In this document: positions 58,424 through 64,000 of the stretch, one piece after another
Layout of the letters: every line of letters begins with the position of its first letter
How positions within the stretch are numbered: position 1 is the stretch's first letter
From: Nitrospirota bacterium
GTDB lineage: Bacteria; Nitrospirota; UBA9217
DNA: 64,000 nucleotides
Reading direction: 5' to 3'
Assembly (NCBI GenBank): GCA_963818475.1
Contig: CAWFSF010000006.1
Span: 1,024,001 to 1,088,000, forward strand
The notes under the pieces: generated by a model
The model's input: only the letters and a program-made list of their open reading frames with translations
The model's database searches: none
What the model was told of the DNA's origin: nothing
Translations under genes and position numbers: made by a program

Positions 58424-59566
58424 CTAGTGAAAGGTTTTATTGTATCTTTCGAGGGAACAGGATGAACCGAATTTTTGTAATTTTGCGATATCGAACGTAA
58501 AATCTTTCTTTCTGATTGTGGCTATCTTGACTGCTATATCAACAGAATTCCTTGGTTCTACCAAGGCACCGAAGCCCGTCTCAAGAACTACGGTACGAAC
58601 ACCCGGCAGGTCAGATGCGATCACCGGCGTTCCGCAAAGCATTGCCTCAACCTGTACCATGCCGAATGATTCAAGAGGGTCGATGCTCGGCAACACTAAT
58701 ACGTCGATCATGCTGTAAAATTGAACCAATTCCCTGTCCTGCAAAAAACCTGTAAATACTATTTTAGTTGGATATAATTTGAGGTACTTGCTCAAGTCGT
58801 CTTTAATCGTTCCGCCGGCAATGTTTTTATCTTCTCCAGCTACGATGATAACAAAATCACCGATCTGGTCCTCCAGATAAGGGATCGCATCAAACAAGAA
58901 TTTGAGGCCTTTCTCATAAACTAGTCTTCCGACAAAACCGATTTTGTAGCTCTTGGGGTTAATGGAAAATTTTGTTAGTAAATTCTGATAATCCAAATTT
59001 TGCTTTTGTGCGTGGCGTATTGAGCGTATTGGCGGATAAATTTCTACAGCTTTTTGAGAGTATTTTTTCATGCGAGAATGGTGAAAGTAATCCAAACTGT
59101 TCACGACCACAACTCGAGATTTATTTAGGACTAAATCCATCAGCCGATAAGATATTGTCTCAAGAATATTATTTAACATACCCTTACCGAGATTCAAGTC
59201 GCAATGGTATGTTGTAACGAGCTTTTTTGTTTTAATAAAAAGACATGCCAATCCCGCGTCAATCATAGGCAAGTGAAAATTAATTATGTCATTTCCTCTT
59301 GAGAGCCGTATGATGTTCAGCCAAAAAGTAGGTGCTATGACCCCCTTCCCCATGTGGGCGATCACTGGCACCCGGACTACATTAACTCCGTTAATGCAGG
59401 AAGACCTCGGTAGCATAGCATCATATCTCGTGGTCAACACTGTTACAGAATGACCTTCACGCGACAAACCTTCGGCCAATTCCTTTGCATAATTGGAAAG
59501 ACCGCTGACGTAGGGGTGATAATAATAAAGAACGATCAAAATGGATTTTTTCAATGGTGTATTCAT
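58424..59566 (-). CDS. GT4 glycosyltransferase
   Basis: YYHPYVSG, FVGRLVYEKG, ESFGMVQVEAM. Confidence 0.9.
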   Translation of the reverse strand: MNTPLKKSILIVLYYYHPYVSGLSNYAKELAEGLSREGHSVTVLTTRYDAMLPRSSCINGVNVVRVPVIAHMGKGVIAPTFWLNIIRLSRGNDIINFHLPMIDAGLACLFIKTKKLVTTYHCDLNLGKGMLNNILETISYRLMDLVLNKSRVVVVNSLDYFHHSRMKKYSQKAVEIYPPIRSIRHAQKQNLDYQNLLTKFSINPKSYKIGFVGRLVYEKGLKFLFDAIPYLEDQIGDFVIIVAGEDKNIAGGTIKDDLSKYLKLYPTKIVFTGFLQDRELVQFYSMIDVLVLPSIDPLESFGMVQVEAMLCGTPVIASDLPGVRTVVLETGFGALVEPRNSVDIAVKIATIRKKDFTFDIAKLQKFGSSCSLERYNKTFH

Positions 59567-59587
59567 CGATTTCGTGATCTACAGTCT

Positions 59588-60937
59588 TCAGTTGCCGTCA
59601 AGAACATGTTCTTTTTTACCTGTCAACACCCGATCCACCGCCTCGACCCCCTGCATGAAAGAATGGTCCATATTGCCGACCTCGTATTTCCAGGCTCCGA
59701 AACGACCACGAGAATACACACCGTGCGATTCCAGGTAAGGCTGAATCACCGCGAGTGCCGCATCCCTTCCGAGAGTGGGAACAGGGTAAGAGTACGGTAT
59801 ATCGATGACATACCGGGACAGGAGGTCCGTCAGCTGGTTTTCCCCGATCATGGCTGAGTTGATCAAACCTTGAATGGTTTCTTCGACTATGGTGCCTTTA
59901 TTCACTTGTTTATACGAAGAATAGGTAGTCTCGCCCATCAGAGAGAAGTGGCGGTCTATATCACCATCAGGCACATTGTAAGGAGAATAGTTGTGAAAAT
60001 TAGTGACCCGGTAAAAGGGAGCATTGCCTTCAGGGAAATACATCCAGCACTTAGAGTCCGTGCGCTTGCCGGAGAAGCCAAGGCCGACAATCAGTCCGCT
60101 GTTGTGAACCAATTCCCGTGCCTCCATTCGCACGTTTTCTGATACATCAGAGCAGAGCTGCACGAATAGGTCAAGGGGCATGGTATTAATGAGAAAATCA
60201 TACGTTTCACGACGGCCATTGGAAAACTCTATCGTTTTATCTCTGAGACTGACGCGGGTGCATTTGTGATCGTATTGGATATGTTGACCGAACGGGCGGG
60301 CGATACCGCTGAAGATTGCTCCTGTCCCTCCTCTTTTTGGAAACTTGAACTTGTTATTCGGCCCCCAATTCACATCATTCCTTCCCTCAGCGATGTTTCG
60401 TTCCACGCGGTCTACATCCACTACGCTGACGCGTTCGTTTATCCAGTTCTTGCTCAGGGAATCCAGCGGCAGGCCCCATACTTTTTTGTTATAGGGCTCC
60501 ATGAAGTACTTCACGATACCCTTGCCGAAGACCGCCTCTATCCATTCCTGGAAATTCGCCGATCTTCCGATATCTGAATTCCGACTTCGTAGACCGACCA
60601 GGCATTCGCGTAATGCACTTTCTGGGAGATGGCGAATATTGTTTTGGAATGGATAAGGCACCCACGTGTTCAGGATGCGTATCCAGCTTTCTCTTTGGTG
60701 TTCATAGTAATTTAAACCGAGGGCTTCGGATATAGCGCTGTCAAAGTAGGGATAATGAGAAAAGAGGACATGTCCACCGACGTCCCAGGTAAAACCATGA
60801 GCATCAAGGAAAGATGCAGAAAGGCCGCCGGCGTGATCAGTGCGTTCAAAGAGTGACCAGTCTTTATAGCCAAGTTTATGAAGATGATAGGCAGCGCCAA
60901 GCCCGCAGGGACCGGCGCCGATAATGAGAATTTTCAA
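59588..60937 (-). CDS. FAD-dependent UDP-galactopyranose mutase, eukaryotic type
   Basis: GAGPCG, DVGGHVLFSHY, YPFQNNI, GPNNKFKFP..GGTG, KCWMYFPE, FYR, SRGRFGAWKYEVGNMDHSFMQGVEAVD. Confidence 0.75.
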   Translation of the reverse strand: MKILIIGAGPCGLGAAYHLHKLGYKDWSLFERTDHAGGLSASFLDAHGFTWDVGGHVLFSHYPYFDSAISEALGLNYYEHQRESWIRILNTWVPYPFQNNIRHLPESALRECLVGLRSRNSDIGRSANFQEWIEAVFGKGIVKYFMEPYNKKVWGLPLDSLSKNWINERVSVVDVDRVERNIAEGRNDVNWGPNNKFKFPKRGGTGAIFSGIARPFGQHIQYDHKCTRVSLRDKTIEFSNGRRETYDFLINTMPLDLFVQLCSDVSENVRMEARELVHNSGLIVGLGFSGKRTDSKCWMYFPEGNAPFYRVTNFHNYSPYNVPDGDIDRHFSLMGETTYSSYKQVNKGTIVEETIQGLINSAMIGENQLTDLLSRYVIDIPYSYPVPTLGRDAALAVIQPYLESHGVYSRGRFGAWKYEVGNMDHSFMQGVEAVDRVLTGKKEHVLDGN

Positions 60938-61024
60938 TGTTACTTCTTCCCCTTCGTATGACTGGAAATCATAGTATGATTATCTCCATCCCTGTTAGGT
61001 TGAAAGGCTCCAGATTCGTCCGGA

Positions 61025-62380
61025 TTACGTTATTTCAAAAACGCTGCCGGACGTTTCGACCATGAGCGTTTTTATGAACTCCCGAGCGACATAATCTGTA
61101 TCGAGCAGCGTCCCGGGCGGTTCGTTGCCGAAGTTTCGATATCGCATCGGTGTGTTGACCCGTCCCGGGCTCACAACGTTCACCCGGATATTCCATGGAG
61201 ACAATTCTTCGGCCAGGGCCTGGGAGAAATTGACCAAAGCCGCTTTCGAACTGCTGTAGGCGGCATACCCTTCCCTGCCGCGGGTGTAGGAACTGGAACC
61301 GACATTGAACAATGCTCCTTCTTTCTGAGCTTTAAATATCGGAATGGCCGCCTTCGCAACGAGAAAAGCGCCCATGACATTTGTATCATAAATATGACGC
61401 CACTCGTCTTCGGACACATCTTCCACGTGCTTCCTGATCATATCTCCCGAACAGTTGATTACAAAATCGATTTTTTTCGCCTCCTTGACGACCCTGGTAA
61501 AGCCGTCCCGGATTGAGGCTAAAGATCTTACATCAACGGATGGGTCGGTAGAACGGCTGAAGGAGTATACCCGCGCAGCAAGCCCTTGGAGGTTCTCGAC
61601 AAGTTTCAATCCTATTCCGCTCGTCCCGCCGATAACGACACACACCTTGTTCTTCATTGAAGTCACATCAGCGGCCGCCTCTCCGCCTCGAGACTTCAAC
61701 TGAAACAGCTTGTCTGCAATATGAAGATCGAGTGGATAGGTTATTTTTATGTTCTGTTCGTCACCCGACACAACAAAAACCTTATGGCCAAGCCTGTGAA
61801 CGAGCGAACAGTCATCGGTTGCATTTTCAACGCTTTCCTGAACAGCGCGCATATGTGCTTTGAGAAGAAGCTTGTATTCAAATGCCTGCGGTGTTTGGCC
61901 ACGTCGAAGACGGGAGCGTTCGGGAATATTCGCGATAAACCCTTCCGGGCTCACCTCAACAATTGTATCTGCCGAAGGAATTACGGTATCAACAGCACTG
62001 TGCTCTATCACGGCATCGATCATCCTATCGATGATCACGTGCGTTATAAACGGCCTGACTGCATCGTGTGTCAGCACATATTCCGTATCGGCGCCGCAAC
62101 ATTCGATGCCTATGCGTGAAGACTCCTGCCGGGTAGCGCCTCCGACTACAACCTTGATGATTTTTCGAAAGCCGTAGTGCGAGACATATTCCCACATCTC
62201 GTCAACATACTCCTGTTGCGTGACAACCACGATGCCGGAAATGCGACGGCATGACTCGAACACTTTCAAAGTGTGGACAATGACCGGCAAGCCAGCCAGT
62301 TTCACAAACTGTTTCGGTTTCCAGTCGTTAAAACGACTGCCCGATCCTGACGCCAGGATGACCGCCTTGACGGTATGCAT
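61025..62380 (-). CDS. bifunctional cytidylyltransferase + SDR reductase (Bcs1-like CDP-ribitol synthase)
   Basis: IspD/TarI half: LASGSGSR, PKQF, HDAVRP, QTPQ, NIKIT; SDR half: GGTSGIG, SSSYTRGR, YSSSKAA. Confidence 0.85.
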   Translation of the reverse strand: MHTVKAVILASGSGSRFNDWKPKQFVKLAGLPVIVHTLKVFESCRRISGIVVVTQQEYVDEMWEYVSHYGFRKIIKVVVGGATRQESSRIGIECCGADTEYVLTHDAVRPFITHVIIDRMIDAVIEHSAVDTVIPSADTIVEVSPEGFIANIPERSRLRRGQTPQAFEYKLLLKAHMRAVQESVENATDDCSLVHRLGHKVFVVSGDEQNIKITYPLDLHIADKLFQLKSRGGEAAADVTSMKNKVCVVIGGTSGIGLKLVENLQGLAARVYSFSRSTDPSVDVRSLASIRDGFTRVVKEAKKIDFVINCSGDMIRKHVEDVSEDEWRHIYDTNVMGAFLVAKAAIPIFKAQKEGALFNVGSSSYTRGREGYAAYSSSKAALVNFSQALAEELSPWNIRVNVVSPGRVNTPMRYRNFGNEPPGTLLDTDYVAREFIKTLMVETSGSVFEIT

Positions 62381-62381
62381 T

Positions 62382-63131
62382 TCAGCTGACTCCTTTATGT
62401 CTCCTCAATGAGCTGAGAAACATTACATTAAGCATGAGAATAAGAACGAGAGCAAGAATGTTCGCTGCAACAAGGAACGGAACAACCATGTTTAGGATGG
62501 GACCGATGACAAATACCAGGCTATCCAGCTCGATATCATGATAATAGGACATCATGTTCCGCTTTGATGTAAAGTCAAACCATCGTGCAAGGAGACTGCT
62601 CCTTGTTGTTTCTCGAGCGAGCTCCATGCCCACTTTACTTTTGCCTCCTGCCTTGAGAATGGCTGTTTCCTGCGCAGCTCTCGTAAACAAGATCAGATTG
62701 TTCAAACCGAGGTAAAGGAGGAGGAAAAACACAACTGAGATGCCTCCCGAAACACTGAATTGTCCGTATGCCAGTGCTGTTGATGTCATCACAATTCTCA
62801 AGCGGTCCAACATCGGGTCAAGATAAGCACCCAACGGGCTGGCCAATCCCTTGACGCGTGCGATGGTCCCATCCACGCAATCAAAGAGGTAATTGATCTC
62901 GAAAAATATGGCTCCCAGAACAAGTCCAAGGCGACTCCCCCAGGCAAAACAGACTGCCGAGAATAAGACGAAGGCGAAAGAGCCTATCGTTATTGCATTC
63001 GGAGTGATTTTGGTTCTATTAATGAAGAAAAGCGAGAGTCTGCGTGCCGCAGGGAGAACAAAGAGCATTGCCCACCACGATTTTCGCTGAAGCTTTGATT
63101 CTATCTCTTGAAGTGTATAATTACGATTCAT
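62382..63131 (-). CDS. CDP-alcohol phosphatidyltransferase family protein
   Basis: TPNAIT, DCVDGTIAR...SPLGAYLDPMLD. Confidence 0.85.
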   Translation of the reverse strand: MNRNYTLQEIESKLQRKSWWAMLFVLPAARRLSLFFINRTKITPNAITIGSFAFVLFSAVCFAWGSRLGLVLGAIFFEINYLFDCVDGTIARVKGLASPLGAYLDPMLDRLRIVMTSTALAYGQFSVSGGISVVFFLLLYLGLNNLILFTRAAQETAILKAGGKSKVGMELARETTRSSLLARWFDFTSKRNMMSYYHDIELDSLVFVIGPILNMVVPFLVAANILALVLILMLNVMFLSSLRRHKGVS

Positions 63132-64000
63132 TGCACCTGACTCTCTGAAAGAGTAGAAAAGAGTTTTTCGTACTCGCCGACCATACGATCCAGAGAATAC
63201 CGTTCAGCCCGTAAACGGCTTTTTGACCGATAGTGGTCACGCTTGCCCGGTTGAGAAGCGACTTCCAGGATCGCAGCGGACAATGCCGTAATGTCACCCG
63301 GCGGCACCAACAGGCCGTACTGTCCATTGTCTAGAATTTCAACAGGACCATCAGATGCTGTTGCTATCACGGGCACTTTCAGCGCTAACGCCTCCAGCAG
63401 AACTGTCGGAAATGCTTCCCATCGCGATGGAAGAACAAGAAAACCAGCATGTTTCAGCATGCCAAAAGGATTCTCGAGATTGCCCGTGAAAATGACTCTA
63501 TCTTTTAATGACAAACATTGTGCCAAATCTGAAAGATACTCGCGCAGACTTCCCTCACCTACGATGACAAGTGAATGAGGTATCTTTGACGCGATATTTG
63601 CATATGCCCGAATGAGATCGGTATGTCCCTTTTCGGGCTCCAGCCTTCCAATAGAGATAATATAAGGAGATTGCGTATATGCGAATGTGACTTCTCTTGA
63701 GGCATCTTCAATTCTTCTGATGTCTATGCCATTATAGATGAGCTCAATCCTGTCCGCTGCAATTCCAAGATGCGAGCCGATCTCTTTGGCCATAAGTTTC
63801 GATATGGCAACGACCCGATCTGCTTTTCGAAATAAATAAGAGGTAATCAGTTTTTTGAAAGTTGCAAAAATATTCTTAAATGTTGATGCCTTAACAAAAA
63901 CATTCACGGGAAGATGAAACTCGACAATAAGTTTTCCTCCGTTTTTATGAATAACGCCCGCGACAGAACATCCCAGGATACCCGCAAACCAGTTATCTGT
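63128..64000 (-). CDS. GT4 glycosyltransferase (5'-partial)
   Basis: Frame open to the window edge; IYNGID, IGRLEPEKG, EAFPTVLLEA. Confidence 0.88.
   Translation of the reverse strand, partial: TDNWFAGILGCSVAGVIHKNGGKLIVEFHLPVNVFVKASTFKNIFATFKKLITSYLFRKADRVVAISKLMAKEIGSHLGIAADRIELIYNGIDIRRIEDASREVTFAYTQSPYIISIGRLEPEKGHTDLIRAYANIASKIPHSLVIVGEGSLREYLSDLAQCLSLKDRVIFTGNLENPFGMLKHAGFLVLPSRWEAFPTVLLEALALKVPVIATASDGPVEILDNGQYGLLVPPGDITALSAAILEVASQPGKRDHYRSKSRLRAERYSLDRMVGEYEKLFSTLSESQVQ

Noticed and set aside
61025-62380. ispD of the MEP pathway
   Set aside because: The SDR fusion and glycan-cluster context indicate a Bcs1/TarI-type enzyme

Overview
Chromosomal window from a diderm bacterium; the futalosine menaquinone and Kdo/lipid A genes and their order resemble Nitrospirota/Desulfobacterota, but the taxon is not provable from this window. 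It appears to span the replication terminus: a canonical XerCD dif site lies at 6290-6317, and most genes to its right point toward it. The most unusual feature is a 1,240-bp element integrated at dif (22-bp direct repeat at 5045-5066 and 6285-6306). It carries an inovirus-type (DUF3693-like) repressor, one orphan ORF and long hairpins, but no Rep, integrase or virion genes. A DnaA-box cluster lies only ~5 kb from dif. The rest, left to right: mtaB; mqnC-mqnE-deaminase; two YjbH/GfcD-like outer-membrane barrels around rmlCDB; galE; a ~20-kb Wzx/Wzy exopolysaccharide locus (2 sulfotransferases, 4 hexapeptide acyltransferases, methyltransferase, deacetylase, GNAT, GH5); a GT9-rfaE-ugd-uxs-kdsB-pyrG-kdsA-kdsD-kdsC-lpxL-pgsA-plsY run; ferredoxin; tRNA-Leu(TAA); accA; phoH-7TM/HD-ybeY-dgkA; cobO; PBP1A; a HAMP-GGDEF/lipoprotein pair; an LtaS-like enzyme; and a second glycan cluster with a eukaryote-type UDP-galactopyranose mutase and a Bcs1-like CDP-ribitol synthase. 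About 11 frameshifts between 29.7 and 53.5 kb look like sequencing errors.
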